Source: Bacteroidetes bacterium HGW-Bacteroidetes-10 (GTDB taxonomy: Bacteria > Bacteroidota > Bacteroidia > Bacteroidales > UBA932). Taken from it: a stretch of 64,000 nucleotides of DNA. Made by a program: the position numbers and the translations under genes. How positions within the stretch are numbered: position 1 is the first letter of the stretch; each line of letters starts with the position of its first letter. Shown in pieces: positions 9,339 to 19,976 of this stretch. The stretch covers positions 2,358-66,357 of the forward strand of contig PHDT01000006.1 of the NCBI GenBank assembly GCA_002842695.1, read 5' to 3'. The notes under the pieces were generated by a model. It searched no databases. It saw only the letters and a program-made list of their open reading frames with translations, and was not told the origin of the DNA.

Positions 9339-10094
9339 TTACCAAAGGGTGGTCAATAAATCCATCGCTTCTGTGTCCGGATTTTCACCTGTAAAAAGTT
9401 TAAATGATGGTACTGCCTGATTTACCAGCCATAATATACCACTGAGATATTTTCCGTTGTCAAGTGAACACTTTTCTTTAAGAGCAGGGTTCTTGTATTT
9501 TGCCTCAAATATCAGCTTTCCCGCGAAGGAAATGTTGTTGTAAAGAGAGGTTTCAGAAGGGAGAGTATCTACTATTACTGAGGCCTCCTGTGCGAAATGG
9601 TCAATTTTGTCAAGAGGGCAGGCGGCCGTCCCGAATTTTGTTGCATAGTTTTGTGCCTTTTTATAGTCTCTGTTGGCTATTGTGACATTCAGACCCAGAT
9701 CCCTTAAGGCGAGAGCCGCTGCCCTGCCTGCCCCGCCGCATCCGGTTATCAGTGCTTTCTCACCGGGTAAAACGAACGGAGAGAGTGATCTCTTCACCCC
9801 TTCGTAGTCTGTATTGAATGCATTGATAAGGCCTTTGTTAAATATCAGCAGATTTGCCGCAGCAGCCTCACGGGAGATTGAATCGGCATTATGTACAAAT
9901 GAGAGAACCTCCTCTTTAAATGGGGCTGTGATGTTTAAGCCGCCGAAACCTTCAGAAAGAGCTGCTTCAAGGCCATCTCTCAGACTGCTGTACTCAAGCA
10001 GCTGGTATGTGTGAGGGGTATGCCTGTAGGCAGCAGCAAAGAGCGCAGGGCTTTTGCTGTGTGCGACAGGATATCCGAGTAGTCCGAATTTCAT
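9339..10094 (-). CDS. aroE: Shikimate dehydrogenase
   Basis: Start trimmed to MKFGLLGYPVAHSKSP (ATG 10094), 1 nt after the upstream stop. Contains NITAPFK and GCGGAGRA motifs. Confidence 0.88.
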   Translation of the reverse strand: MKFGLLGYPVAHSKSPALFAAAYRHTPHTYQLLEYSSLRDGLEAALSEGFGGLNITAPFKEEVLSFVHNADSISREAAAANLLIFNKGLINAFNTDYEGVKRSLSPFVLPGEKALITGCGGAGRAAALALRDLGLNVTIANRDYKKAQNYATKFGTAACPLDKIDHFAQEASVIVDTLPSETSLYNNISFAGKLIFEAKYKNPALKEKCSLDNGKYLSGILWLVNQAVPSFKLFTGENPDTEAMDLLTTLW

Positions 10095-10095
10095 C

Positions 10096-10887
10096 TTATT
10101 TAAAATCTCTTTGTCTGAGAGCTTCGAAACAAATAATTGCTGCTGAGACAGATACATTGAGGGAGTCTAGCTCTCCTCTCATTGGAATTTTGATTCTTTC
10201 GTCTGCCCGCTCTCTCCAGTATGGTTTGAGGCCGTCTGACTCAGTGCCGAGTACGATGGCCATTGGCCCTTTCATATCCGAGAGATGGTACCAGTTTGAT
10301 GCCTGGAGCTCTGTCGTGAATATTCTTATTCCCTTTTTGCGCAGCCATTCGTATGCATGCTCAGATGAACAGGCTGCCACATTTGAAGTAAATATTCCGC
10401 CAAGACTCGAGCGAATTATGTTTGGATTATAAAGGTCTGTCAGAGGGTCGCAAATAAGAACAGCGTCTGCACGGGCTGCATCTGCAGTACGAAGAACGGC
10501 TCCAAGATTACCGGGTTTTTCAACTGATTCCAGTACAATCACCAGTGGATTTGGAGAGAGTCTGAAATCTTCCGGCTTTCTCTCTTTATAGTCTGCTGTG
10601 GCAATTATGCCCTCGGTTGTTCCTCTGTAAGCTATTCTTGAATAAAGTTCTTCAGAAACCTGAAAAACCTCTCTGGCTCCAAGTGAAAGTACCAGATCTG
10701 CATCTGCCAGCTCAGGAACATAAAAGAGAGTGTCGAACTTAAAACCGGCCTTGCTTGCGGCAGTACATTCCCTTACACCTTCAACGACAAACAGACCTGA
10801 CTTGCGCCTCTGGGAAGATTTTTCCCCAAGGGCAACCAGCTCTTTAATCCTTGGATTCTGTGCAGATGTAAGCAGACCTCCGGCCAT
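10096..10887 (-). CDS. TrmH/SpoU-family RNA 2'-O-methyltransferase
   Basis: Start trimmed to MAGGLLTSAQNPRIKEL (ATG 10887). SpoU blocks are present (LESVEKPGNLGAVLRTADAA, IVLGTESDGL, IPMRGELDSLNVSVSAAI). Confidence 0.85.
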   Translation of the reverse strand: MAGGLLTSAQNPRIKELVALGEKSSQRRKSGLFVVEGVRECTAASKAGFKFDTLFYVPELADADLVLSLGAREVFQVSEELYSRIAYRGTTEGIIATADYKERKPEDFRLSPNPLVIVLESVEKPGNLGAVLRTADAARADAVLICDPLTDLYNPNIIRSSLGGIFTSNVAACSSEHAYEWLRKKGIRIFTTELQASNWYHLSDMKGPMAIVLGTESDGLKPYWRERADERIKIPMRGELDSLNVSVSAAIICFEALRQRDFK

Positions 10888-10888
10888 A

Positions 10889-12406
10889 TTATTGTTGTTT
10901 TTCCGGGCGCATTTGAGGGAAGAAGAGTACATCCTGAATTGATGGCGAGTTTGTCATAAACATTGTGAGCCTGTCAATTCCAATACCCATTCCGGATGTA
11001 GGAGGCATTCCGTATTCGAGTGCCCTCACAAAGTCCATGTCTATAAACATTGCTTCGTCGTCTCCCTTATCCTTTAGTTTAACCTGATCCTTGAACCTTT
11101 CAAGCTGGTCAACAGGATCGTTCAGCTCACTGTATGCATTTGCAAGCTCCTTGCCGTTAACGAAGAGTTCGAACCTCTCTGTGAGGGCCGGATTTGATCT
11201 GTGTCTCTTGGTAAGGGGCGATGTCTCCACCGGATAATCTGTAATGAATGTAGGCTGAATAAGGTGCTTTTCGCAGAACTCCCCGAAAATTGCGTCAATA
11301 AGCTTACCTACTCCCATGCTTTTGTTCACAGGAACATTCAGCTTTTCGCAAACCTCTCTGAGCTGATCTTCATTCATTCCGGCAACATCTACGCCTGCAT
11401 ACTCCTTAATAGCATCAAGCATTGGAAGTCTGCGGAACGGAGCCTTGAACTCAATCTCTTCACCCCACAGGCTTACCTTGGTTTGCCCGTGCAGGTCCAT
11501 TGCCACCTTTTCAATCATCTTCTCAACGAACTCCATCATCCAGAAGTAATCCTTGTAGGCAACATAAATCTCAAGAACTGTAAATTCAGGATTATGAGTA
11601 CGGTCCATTCCCTCGTTGCGGAAGTCCTTTGCAAATTCATATACGCCTGTAAAACCTCCAACTATTAGTCGCTTAAGGTAGAGTTCATTAGCTATACGCA
11701 GATATAGCGGAATGTCCAGCGCGTTATGATGTGTGATAAACGGACGGGCAGTAGCACCTCCCGGTATCGCCTGAAGAATAGGGGTCTCTACCTCAATGTA
11801 TCCGTGATCATTGAAGAAGTTTCTCATGGTTGTCATGATGCGGGTACGCTTCATGAATGTCTCTCTTACCTCAGGGTTTACGATAAGGTCTACATACCTC
11901 ATTCTGTACCTCTGTTCCGGATCAGAAAAGGCATCATATTTTTGTCCCTCTTTCTCTTTAACTATTGGAAGAACACGCAGAGACTTGCTGAGAACCTTAA
12001 GCTCCTTTGCATGGATTGACAGCTCTCCAGCCTGAGTAATAAAGGCAAAGCCCTTAATTCCAACAATGTCACCAATGTCAAGAAGCTTCTTGAATACAGT
12101 GTTATACATTGTCTTATCCTCTCCGGGACAGATTTCGTCGCGTTTTATGTATACCTGGATCCTTCCCTTTTCGTCCTGAATCTCCATGAAAGCTGCTGCT
12201 CCCATGATTCTTCTGGTCATGATTCTGCCGGCTATAGAGATATCCTGCAGGTTTTTAAGTTCCGGATTATATTGTTCCTTTATCTGAGTTGTTGTTATGT
12301 TTATGTCGAATGCTTCTGCAGGGTAGGGGTCAATGCCAAGTTCCTGCATCTGTTTTAGAGACTCTCTCCTAATTACCTCCTGTTCGCTGAGCTCTGTATA
12401 TTCCAT
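10889..12406 (-). CDS. lysS: Lysyl-tRNA synthetase (class II)
   Basis: Start trimmed to [10 protein letters not shown] (ATG 12406). Typical LysS blocks are present ([42 protein letters not shown]). Confidence 0.95.
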   Translation of the reverse strand: MEYTELSEQEVIRRESLKQMQELGIDPYPAEAFDINITTTQIKEQYNPELKNLQDISIAGRIMTRRIMGAAAFMEIQDEKGRIQVYIKRDEICPGEDKTMYNTVFKKLLDIGDIVGIKGFAFITQAGELSIHAKELKVLSKSLRVLPIVKEKEGQKYDAFSDPEQRYRMRYVDLIVNPEVRETFMKRTRIMTTMRNFFNDHGYIEVETPILQAIPGGATARPFITHHNALDIPLYLRIANELYLKRLIVGGFTGVYEFAKDFRNEGMDRTHNPEFTVLEIYVAYKDYFWMMEFVEKMIEKVAMDLHGQTKVSLWGEEIEFKAPFRRLPMLDAIKEYAGVDVAGMNEDQLREVCEKLNVPVNKSMGVGKLIDAIFGEFCEKHLIQPTFITDYPVETSPLTKRHRSNPALTERFELFVNGKELANAYSELNDPVDQLERFKDQVKLKDKGDDEAMFIDMDFVRALEYGMPPTSGMGIGIDRLTMFMTNSPSIQDVLFFPQMRPEKQQ

Positions 12407-12485
12407 ACAATTATAAGTTGATTTAAACGGCAAAATTAGCTTTTTTTATCAACTTTTGAAATTTAATCGCTATCTTTGTGGAGAT

Positions 12486-14219
12486 ATGGCACTAGATAAA
12501 CAATGGATTGTAAAGGATCCCGGTAATCCGGCTTTAGTTCGTCAACTTTCTAATGAATTAGGTGTTGATGAAGCACTCGCCAGTCTGTTGGTACAGAGAA
12601 ATATCAAGACTTTCGCAGAAGCAAAGTCTTTTTTTAGGCCAAGACTTGAAGAGCTTCATGACCCTTTTCTTATGAAGGATATGGACAAGGCGGTGGTTCG
12701 CCTGGACAAGGCACTGGCTTCAAACGAAAAAATCCTCATTTACGGAGACTATGATGTGGACGGCACAACTGCCGTTGCATTAGTTTTTTCTTTTCTGAGA
12801 AACCTGCATAAAAACCTGGGCTATTATATTCCAGACAGATATAACGAGGGCTACGGAGTCTCCTATAAGGGAATTGACTGGGCTCATGAAAATGATTATT
12901 CACTCATTATTGCGCTTGATTGCGGGATAAAGGCTGTTGAGAAGGTTGCATATGCAAAAACTCTTGGGATAGAGTTTATCATTTGTGATCATCACCTTCC
13001 TGATGACAGGCTGCCGGATGCAGCTGCAGTACTGGACCCGAAACGGACAGACTGTACATATCCTTTCGACGATCTTTCGGGATGTGGTGTAGGGTTTAAA
13101 CTGATGCAGGCTTTTGCCTCAACAAGGCATATCCCTTTTTCTGAACTGCTGCCTCTTCTGGACCTACTGGTAGTGAGCATTGCATCGGATCTGGTATTGA
13201 TGACGGGCGAAAACAGAATACTTGCCCATTACGGTCTGCAGCAACTGAATGAAAGTCCCCGCAAAGGACTTTTGTCAATTATCAAATTGTCCGGGCTTGA
13301 AAAGCATGTGATAACAATTGATGATATAGTCTTTAAAATAGGACCAAGGATAAATGCTGCCGGCAGAATGGAATCCGGCAAGACTGCAGTTGACCTTTTG
13401 ATAAGCAGAAATGACGATGAGGCCAGAAATATTGGCGACACAATAAATACCCACAATAACGACAGAAAGAGTATTGACAGGGAGATTACCCAGGAGGCAA
13501 TCGAGATGGCTGCGACAGCCGGCGATTATGCTACCAGAAAATCTACTGTATTATACAATCCTAACTGGCATAAAGGTGTTCTTGGCATAGTCGCTTCAAG
13601 GCTGGTTGAGACATATTACAGGCCCACAATTGTTCTTACACGTTCAAATGGGTTTATTACAGGTTCTGCAAGAAGTATTCCCGGTTTTGATCTCTACGAG
13701 GCTATTGAAAGCTGCGCAGATTTGCTTGAAAATTTTGGCGGACACATGTATGCAGCAGGACTCACTCTTAAGGAGACAAACTATGAGATCTTTTGTACCA
13801 GATTTGAGGATTTCGTAAAAAACAAGATTACCCAGGAGCTTCTTACTCCTATCGTAAATATTGATACATTTCTTGAATTCAAGCAGATAACGCCAAAGTT
13901 TTTCAGAATTCTAAAACAATTTCAGCCTTTTGGTCCCGGAAACATGTCTCCTGTATTCATAACACAGAATGTGTATGATAACGGAAACGGAAGGAGAGTG
14001 GGTTCAGACGCTGGTCACCTGAAACTTGAACTCATTCAGGAAAACGAACCACACAGACATATTTCTGCAATAGCATTCAACCGCTCAGAGCATTTTGAGC
14101 ATCTCAGGTCTGGAAATCCTGTGGATATCTGTTATTCTATAGCAGAAAACTACTACAGAGGAATTGCCAACATCCAGCTAAGGGTGAAGGATATCAAGCT
14201 ACGCGAAGAGATTATATAG
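12486..14219 (+). CDS. recJ: Single-stranded-DNA-specific exonuclease RecJ
   Basis: ATG at 12486 (the ORF track starts at an upstream TTG). DHH motifs are present (IYGDYDVDGTT, DCG, CDHH), followed by the DHHA1 region (GGHMYAAG). Confidence 0.92.
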   Translation: MALDKQWIVKDPGNPALVRQLSNELGVDEALASLLVQRNIKTFAEAKSFFRPRLEELHDPFLMKDMDKAVVRLDKALASNEKILIYGDYDVDGTTAVALVFSFLRNLHKNLGYYIPDRYNEGYGVSYKGIDWAHENDYSLIIALDCGIKAVEKVAYAKTLGIEFIICDHHLPDDRLPDAAAVLDPKRTDCTYPFDDLSGCGVGFKLMQAFASTRHIPFSELLPLLDLLVVSIASDLVLMTGENRILAHYGLQQLNESPRKGLLSIIKLSGLEKHVITIDDIVFKIGPRINAAGRMESGKTAVDLLISRNDDEARNIGDTINTHNNDRKSIDREITQEAIEMAATAGDYATRKSTVLYNPNWHKGVLGIVASRLVETYYRPTIVLTRSNGFITGSARSIPGFDLYEAIESCADLLENFGGHMYAAGLTLKETNYEIFCTRFEDFVKNKITQELLTPIVNIDTFLEFKQITPKFFRILKQFQPFGPGNMSPVFITQNVYDNGNGRRVGSDAGHLKLELIQENEPHRHISAIAFNRSEHFEHLRSGNPVDICYSIAENYYRGIANIQLRVKDIKLREEII

Positions 14220-14730
14220 AGTTGATTATGGTGCACAAGATATCGTGTACCGAGTTTTTATCTGCATTTACAACAAGTTTTGCAACCGCTTCGTAACCGG
14301 GTTCTCTTGCCTGAAAGAGCCTCTCGATCTCTGTTCTCAATTCATCTTCTGATTTGTCTTTAAGCAAGGGTCTGCTTTTTCTTGCCTTTGACAATCTGGC
14401 AGCCATAGTCTCAATTGATGCTCTCAGATAAATGCAGTATGTTTTATCCTTTAATAATTTCTGATTAACAGGCGACATAATTGCTCCTCCTCCAAGGGAG
14501 AGAACCATCACTTTATCGGTACAGCTATCGATGATATTGCTGAGATATCTCTCTTCAAGATGACGAAAATGTGCCTCTCCCCTGGTTGCAAAAATCTCCT
14601 CCACACTCATATGCTCTCCAGTTTCAATTTCATGATCAAGATCGGCATGGCGGCAGAAAAGGTGCTGGGCAAGTCTCGCAGCAATTGTGCTCTTGCCCAC
14701 TCCCATAAATCCGGTAAGTGTGATTATCAT
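14212..14730 (-). CDS. aroK: Shikimate kinase
   Basis: Start trimmed to MIITLTGFMGVGKSTIA (Walker A), 4 nt after the parC stop. The 3' end overlaps the recJ stop convergently. Confidence 0.88.
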   Translation of the reverse strand: MIITLTGFMGVGKSTIAARLAQHLFCRHADLDHEIETGEHMSVEEIFATRGEAHFRHLEERYLSNIIDSCTDKVMVLSLGGGAIMSPVNQKLLKDKTYCIYLRASIETMAARLSKARKSRPLLKDKSEDELRTEIERLFQAREPGYEAVAKLVVNADKNSVHDILCTIINSI

Positions 14731-14734
14731 TAAT

Positions 14735-17434
14735 CTAAAATAGAGTAGGTGAGTCGTCTTCCAGCTCAAAAAGCTCTCCGGATACTGCGCTGTCTGGTTC
14801 ATATCCGCTGCCATTGCCATTACCATTGGAGTCTACTACAGTCTCTAACTCCGGTTCATTCTCCTTCTCTTTGTCGAGAGGTTCTATGAACCTGATTGAA
14901 CTAACCTCGAATGTGGTGAGCCTCTTTCCCTTTGCACGGTAACTCTTCCCTGCAATAAAAGTCTCTACATCAATAATCTCGGGAGCTCTTTTGGCATGTT
15001 TGCCTCCAAATACAATCTCTATCTGAGGATATTTGTCGTGAGATACATCAAGAAGATAACTTCCTGGAGTATCTGAAATAAACGAGCTGACAATATTATC
15101 ATTTGGCTCAAAAGGGAATCTTTTGATATAGAAACAGGCCTGCTCTCCATCGTAATAGACAGCAGTATATATTTTTTGTGTATCCAGCTTCTCAATAATC
15201 TTGATTTCGCCCTGATAGCGGTTGCTAAGGTCAAAATTGGTAGTGTAGTACTCACCGTTTTTACAAACAACCAGAATATGGTCGTGATGCTGATACTCTC
15301 CCAGGAACAGTCCGCGGGAATCTGAGTTTAAACGGTTGATATCTCTGTCGAACCAGATCGACTGGCCGCCAAATTGAGACACACCTTTTGTCTTGAGCTG
15401 AATCTTGTGAATTGGATTTTTACTGAAGATGTTTCCCATAGAGCCCCTTCCTTTTATTCCCAGTGCTGAGAAATCATATTCGAAAATGAGTTTTTTGAGC
15501 TTGGGCCTTGGCTTAAGGAATACCTTGAGTACTTCAGCCTCTCCGTTTGGATTGGCAGTAAACCAGAGCAGTGAAGATCCCTCTTTACCCTGTGTTACAT
15601 CATACTCTTTGTCGCGTGTAACTCCTGTTACGGCAAATCTTTTCACATATACATCACCACTCTTTCCGTGGCGGTAAACTGCGTTGTAAACAGTACGCTC
15701 GTCGTTCTTCTTGAATATACCAACATGAAGAATGTTCTTGCCTACAAAAGCTTTGTCACTGATCTTTGTAACAATGTATTTTCCGTTATTGAGGAATACA
15801 ATAATATCGTCAATATCTGAACATTCGCATACAAATTCGGCATTCTCATCCCTCCTCAGATCCATTCCAACAAAACCCTCCTCTTTATTGGCATAAAGTT
15901 TTGCATTAACTGCAACAACCTTGGTTGCCTCAATGGTTTCGAAGCTTGTAATTTCTGTTTTGCGAGGGTATTTGTCGCCGTATTTCTTTTTGAGTTGCTG
16001 GAAATATTTTATTGTATAATTGTTAAGTGTGGCAAGGTTACCCTTTACCTCCTCCATCTCCTGCTCTGTCTTTTTAATAGAATCTTCCAGCGCCTTTACG
16101 TCAAAAACGGATATTTTCCTTACAGGCTTTTCAACCAGTCTGAGAACATCGTCTTTGGTGATTGGCTTTTTGAGCTGAGGCTGATACTTTAGAAGTTCAT
16201 TCTCTATATTGTCGAGCTGATCTTTCCATGTAGCCGTTTTCTGCTCCAGTTCACGATAAATTTTCTGTTCAAAGAAGATCTTTTCCAGTGAAGTGTAGTG
16301 CCATGAGTCTTCCAGTTCTGCAAGTCTTATCTCCAGCTCCATTTTTAGCAGAGCCTTGGTGTGGTCTGCATTGTGTCTCAAGATCTCGTCAACACCAATG
16401 AAGCAAGGGTGTTTATCCTTAATTACACAAGAGTTGGGAGAGATTGATATTTCACAGTCGGTGAAGGCATAGAGAGCGTCTATAGTCTTGTCAGGGGAGA
16501 CATCGTTGTGCAGATGCACTACAATCTCTGCTCCGCTTGATGTGTTGTCATCCACCTTGCGGATTTTAATTTTTCCCTTGTCGTTTGCCTTTAAAATTGA
16601 TTCAATGAGCTTTGATGTAGTGAGTCCGAAAGGAATTTCCGAGATCACCAGAGTCTTTTTGTCAAACTTGGAAATTTTGGCCCTGACTTTTATCGCTCCT
16701 CCGCGAAGTCCCTGGTTGTATTTACTGCAATCTGCGAGACCTCCTGTTGGAAAATCGGGAAGGATTGTGAACTCCTTGTCATTAAGGTAGGCTATACAGG
16801 CGTCAATAAGTTCATTTAAGTTGTGAGGAAGAATTTTGGAAGCAAGTCCCACTGCGATTCCCTCTACACCCTGCGCAAGCAGAAGGGGGAATTTAACAGG
16901 AAGACTAACAGGCTCCTGGTTCCTTCCGTCATAGGAGTTCATCCACTCTGTTGTCTTAGGGTTGAATACAACTTCACCGGCAAATTTGCTCAGCCTTGCC
17001 TCAATGTAACGAGGAGCAGCAGCGCTGTCTCCCGTAAGCGTATTTCCCCAGTTACCCTGACAGTCTACCAGAAGGTCCTTCTGCCCCAGCTGTACAAGGG
17101 CGTCTCCAATTGATGCGTCACCGTGCGGGTGAAACTGCATGGTGTGACCAATAATATTTGCAACCTTATTGTATCTGCCGTCGTCCATGCGTTTCATTGC
17201 ATGGAGGATACGTCTCTGAACAGGTTTAAGACCGTCGTTTATATGAGGCACCGCCCTCTCAAGTATGACATAAGAAGCATAATCAAGGAACCACTCTTTA
17301 TACATACCCGTGAGTTTGTACTTTTTGTCTCCCTCATTAATTAGTTTGTCGTATTTGCTGCTTTCGGAAGTATCGGAAACATCAAGTGAATCATCCTGAA
17401 GTTCCGGTTCGTAGTCAAGGTCGGGGGTGCTCAT
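14735..17434 (-). CDS. parC: DNA topoisomerase IV subunit A (GyrA/ParC family)
   Basis: 899 aa with the ParC/GyrA N-terminal block (LKPVQRRILHAM, HPHGDASIGDA, AAAPRYIEARL) and a C-terminal beta-pinwheel region. It ends in an acidic NGNGNGS tail. Confidence 0.85.
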   Translation of the reverse strand: MSTPDLDYEPELQDDSLDVSDTSESSKYDKLINEGDKKYKLTGMYKEWFLDYASYVILERAVPHINDGLKPVQRRILHAMKRMDDGRYNKVANIIGHTMQFHPHGDASIGDALVQLGQKDLLVDCQGNWGNTLTGDSAAAPRYIEARLSKFAGEVVFNPKTTEWMNSYDGRNQEPVSLPVKFPLLLAQGVEGIAVGLASKILPHNLNELIDACIAYLNDKEFTILPDFPTGGLADCSKYNQGLRGGAIKVRAKISKFDKKTLVISEIPFGLTTSKLIESILKANDKGKIKIRKVDDNTSSGAEIVVHLHNDVSPDKTIDALYAFTDCEISISPNSCVIKDKHPCFIGVDEILRHNADHTKALLKMELEIRLAELEDSWHYTSLEKIFFEQKIYRELEQKTATWKDQLDNIENELLKYQPQLKKPITKDDVLRLVEKPVRKISVFDVKALEDSIKKTEQEMEEVKGNLATLNNYTIKYFQQLKKKYGDKYPRKTEITSFETIEATKVVAVNAKLYANKEEGFVGMDLRRDENAEFVCECSDIDDIIVFLNNGKYIVTKISDKAFVGKNILHVGIFKKNDERTVYNAVYRHGKSGDVYVKRFAVTGVTRDKEYDVTQGKEGSSLLWFTANPNGEAEVLKVFLKPRPKLKKLIFEYDFSALGIKGRGSMGNIFSKNPIHKIQLKTKGVSQFGGQSIWFDRDINRLNSDSRGLFLGEYQHHDHILVVCKNGEYYTTNFDLSNRYQGEIKIIEKLDTQKIYTAVYYDGEQACFYIKRFPFEPNDNIVSSFISDTPGSYLLDVSHDKYPQIEIVFGGKHAKRAPEIIDVETFIAGKSYRAKGKRLTTFEVSSIRFIEPLDKEKENEPELETVVDSNGNGNGSGYEPDSAVSGELFELEDDSPTLF

Positions 17435-17453
17435 TAGTTTTCTTTAGGTTTTT

Positions 17454-18362
17454 CTAGTCTTGTATGTAACCGAACTGTCTAAGCTTTCTTTTATCTTCTC
17501 GCCAGTCCGGATTTACCTTTACAAATATCTGCAAAAAAACCTTTTTTTCAAAAAAGGATTCCATATCCTTCCTTGCCAGTGTCCCAACTTTTTTAAGTGC
17601 AGAGCCACCTTTGCCAATAATGATTCCTTTCTGGGAATCTCTCATAACATTGATAACTGCATCAATCTGATATAATCCTTCACCCTCCTTGAATTGTTCG
17701 ACAACAACTTCGGTTGAGTAAGGTATCTCCTTGTCGTATGTAAGGAGTATTTTTTCGCGGATAATCTCAGATGCAAAGAAACGCAGGTTTCTGTCCGTGA
17801 GGACATCCTTGTCGTACCAGGCCGGACTCTCCGGAATTAATTCAAGAACCCTGTTAAACAGAGCGGTAACATTGAACTTCTCCTGAGCAGAAACCGGGAA
17901 AATTTCGGCTCTTGGGATAAGTTGTTTCCACTTTTCATAAAGTTCTTCTATCTCTTTCTGACCGGAAAGGTCAATTTTATTGATTACGAGCAGTACAGGA
18001 GTGGTCACTTTGTTAAGTTTCTCAATGTACTCTTCGTTTTTTGTGCTTTTCTCCACAACATCGGTTACATAGAGAATGATGTCTGCATCGCCTATAGCGG
18101 TCTCGACAAAATTCATCATACTCTCCTGAAGTTTGTAGCTTGGCCTTAAAATACCGGGCGTGTCAGAGAAAACAATCTGATAATCTTCACTGTTTACCAT
18201 TCCCATTATCCTGTGCCTGGTTGTCTGCGCTTTGGCAGTTACAATAGAGAGGCGCTCACCTACGAGTGCATTCATAAGGGTAGATTTGCCAACATTAGGG
18301 TTCCCTAAAATGTTGACAAATCCTGCCTTGTGTTTCTTCTCTTCCTGAGAGATATTACTCAT
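17454..18362 (-). CDS. era: GTPase Era
   Basis: 302 aa with G1 GNPNVGKST, G3 DTPG, G4 NKID and a C-terminal KH domain (VNVMRDSQKGIIIGKGG). Confidence 0.93.
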   Translation of the reverse strand: MSNISQEEKKHKAGFVNILGNPNVGKSTLMNALVGERLSIVTAKAQTTRHRIMGMVNSEDYQIVFSDTPGILRPSYKLQESMMNFVETAIGDADIILYVTDVVEKSTKNEEYIEKLNKVTTPVLLVINKIDLSGQKEIEELYEKWKQLIPRAEIFPVSAQEKFNVTALFNRVLELIPESPAWYDKDVLTDRNLRFFASEIIREKILLTYDKEIPYSTEVVVEQFKEGEGLYQIDAVINVMRDSQKGIIIGKGGSALKKVGTLARKDMESFFEKKVFLQIFVKVNPDWREDKRKLRQFGYIQD

Positions 18363-19950
18363 AAGAGCCCATTTTGAGCATTGATGCTTCCTGATCTGTG
18401 AGGAAACGCCATTGACCCCTGCGCAGATTCTTTTTTGTTAAGCCTGCAAAATAAACCCTGTCCAGTCTCTTTACTTTGTAACCCAGGTGTTCGAAAATTC
18501 TTCTCACAATTCTGTTTCTGCCTGAGTGAATCTCAAGACCTACCTGAGCGTTGTCCTCATCCACATAAGAGAGAGAATCGGCAAAGATAAGACCATCTTC
18601 GAGTTCGATACCCTTAAGGATAGCGTCGAAATCTGGCTTGCTGAGGTTTTTGTCAAGGACTATGTGATAAATTTTCTTCCTGTTGTTTGAAGGGTGAGTC
18701 AGCTTGTCTGCAAGTTCACCATCATTTGTAAGCAGAAGCACACCTGTTGTTTGCTTGTCAAGTCTTCCCACAGGGTAAACCCTTTGTGTGCACTTGCCTG
18801 CAATAAGGTCCATAACAGTTTGTTCTGCATTTGGATCTGAAAGTGTTGTTACGAAATCTTTAGGTTTGTTCATCACAATGTACACCTTCTCCTCTCCCTT
18901 GAGACGCTCTCCGTTGAATCGGATATCGTCGTTAGGACTTACTCTCACTCCAAGTTCACTGATGATTGTTCCGTTAACGGAAACCAAACCTGCTGAAATA
19001 TACTCATCGGCCTCCCTGCGTGAGCAGATGCCTGAATTTGCGATAAATTTGTTAAGTCTTACAAGACCATCATCCCTTTTTGGGGTTGAAGGCTTCTTCT
19101 TAATAACCTGTCTTGGTCCGTCAAATGACGGGCGCTCACGGTTAAATGAGGGACGATCTCCATAAGGTCTGCGCTCTCTGTCGAAAGAGGGACGGTCACC
19201 GAATGGTCTGCGCTCTCTGTCAAATGGTTTGCGCTCTCTGTCGAACGGTTTGCGTTCTCTGTCGAATGACGGACGCTCGCGGTCCGAAGATGGACGATCA
19301 CCATAAGGTTTGCGGTCGCGGTCGAAAGAGGGGCGGTCACCGAATGGCTTGCGGTCTCTGTCAAATGGTTTACGATCTCTGTCAAATGGTTTACGGTCTC
19401 TGTCAAAAGGCTTGCGGTCTCTGTCGAATGATGGACGCTCGCGGTCAAAAGATGGACGGTCTCCATAAGGTTTGCGGTCGCGGTCGAATGAGGGGCGGTC
19501 GCCAAAAGGCTTGCGTTCTCTGTCGAATGGTTTGCGTTCTCTGTCAAATGAAGGGCGCTCGCGGTCGAAAGATGGACGATCTCCGTATGGTTTACGATCT
19601 CTGTCGAATGGTTTACGATCTCTGTCGAAAGGTTTACGATCTCTGTCGAAAGGTTTACGATCTCTGTCGAATGGTTTGCGTTCTCTGTCAAATGGTTTGC
19701 GTTCGCCGTCAAATGGCTTACGCTCTCTGTCGAACGGCTTTCTTTCCCTGTCAAATGGTTTGCGCTCTCTGTCGAATGGTTTGCGCTCTCCGTCAAACGG
19801 TTTGTCATTTCCTGATCTTCTTGCGAAAGGCCTCGCATCACTGCGACTGCTTCTTCCTGACCCTGCGGACCTCCCGGCTCCCGCTCCTGATGGGCCTCTC
19901 CTGCCTGAAGCTCCCGCTCCGGCACGATTACTTGATTGATTATTTCTCAT
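18355..19950 (-). CDS. rluB: RluB/RsuA-family pseudouridine synthase with ~290-aa repetitive N-terminal extension
   Basis: ATG at 19950 (MRNNQSS; the ORF track starts at an upstream TTG). The C-terminal 238 aa hold an S4 domain (RLNKFIANSGICSRREADEYI) and the catalytic block VGRLDKQTTGVLLLTNDG. The N-terminus is an FDRERKP repeat array. Confidence 0.88.
   Translation of the reverse strand: MRNNQSSNRAGAGASGRRGPSGAGAGRSAGSGRSSRSDARPFARRSGNDKPFDGERKPFDRERKPFDRERKPFDRERKPFDGERKPFDRERKPFDRDRKPFDRDRKPFDRDRKPFDRDRKPYGDRPSFDRERPSFDRERKPFDRERKPFGDRPSFDRDRKPYGDRPSFDRERPSFDRDRKPFDRDRKPFDRDRKPFDRDRKPFGDRPSFDRDRKPYGDRPSSDRERPSFDRERKPFDRERKPFDRERRPFGDRPSFDRERRPYGDRPSFNRERPSFDGPRQVIKKKPSTPKRDDGLVRLNKFIANSGICSRREADEYISAGLVSVNGTIISELGVRVSPNDDIRFNGERLKGEEKVYIVMNKPKDFVTTLSDPNAEQTVMDLIAGKCTQRVYPVGRLDKQTTGVLLLTNDGELADKLTHPSNNRKKIYHIVLDKNLSKPDFDAILKGIELEDGLIFADSLSYVDEDNAQVGLEIHSGRNRIVRRIFEHLGYKVKRLDRVYFAGLTKKNLRRGQWRFLTDQEASMLKMGSYE
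19120..19836 (-). repeat. In-frame tandem array of ~34 degenerate 21-nt (7-aa FDR[ED]RKP) units inside rluB
   Basis: The protein reads ...KPFDRERKPFDRERKPFDRDRKPFD... interspersed with GDRPSFDRDRKPYGDRPSFDRERPSF blocks that recur three times (higher-order repeat). All other frames are also open here, as expected for a short-period repeat. Confidence 0.9.
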
Positions 19951-19968
19951 TGATATATAATTCGGGTG

Positions 19969-19976
19969 CAAATGTA
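19969..19976 (-). promoter_or_regulatory. Candidate -7 box (TACATTTG) for rluB-era-parC-aroK
   Basis: Minus-strand TACATTTG matches TAnnTTTG and lies 18 nt upstream of the rluB ATG. Confidence 0.35.

Noticed and set aside
19120-19836. Possible CRISPR array because of regularly spaced short repeats
   Set aside because: The units are contiguous with no unique spacers, have a 21-nt period, and are in frame within a CDS. No cas genes are nearby.
9339-19971. Long N-terminal extensions given by the ORF track for aroE, the trmH-like gene, lysS, recJ, aroK, rluB, the EEP nuclease, asnA and truA
   Set aside because: The extensions overlap upstream genes or start at TTG/GTG. Internal ATGs restore family-typical N-termini and tight 1-10 nt gene spacing.
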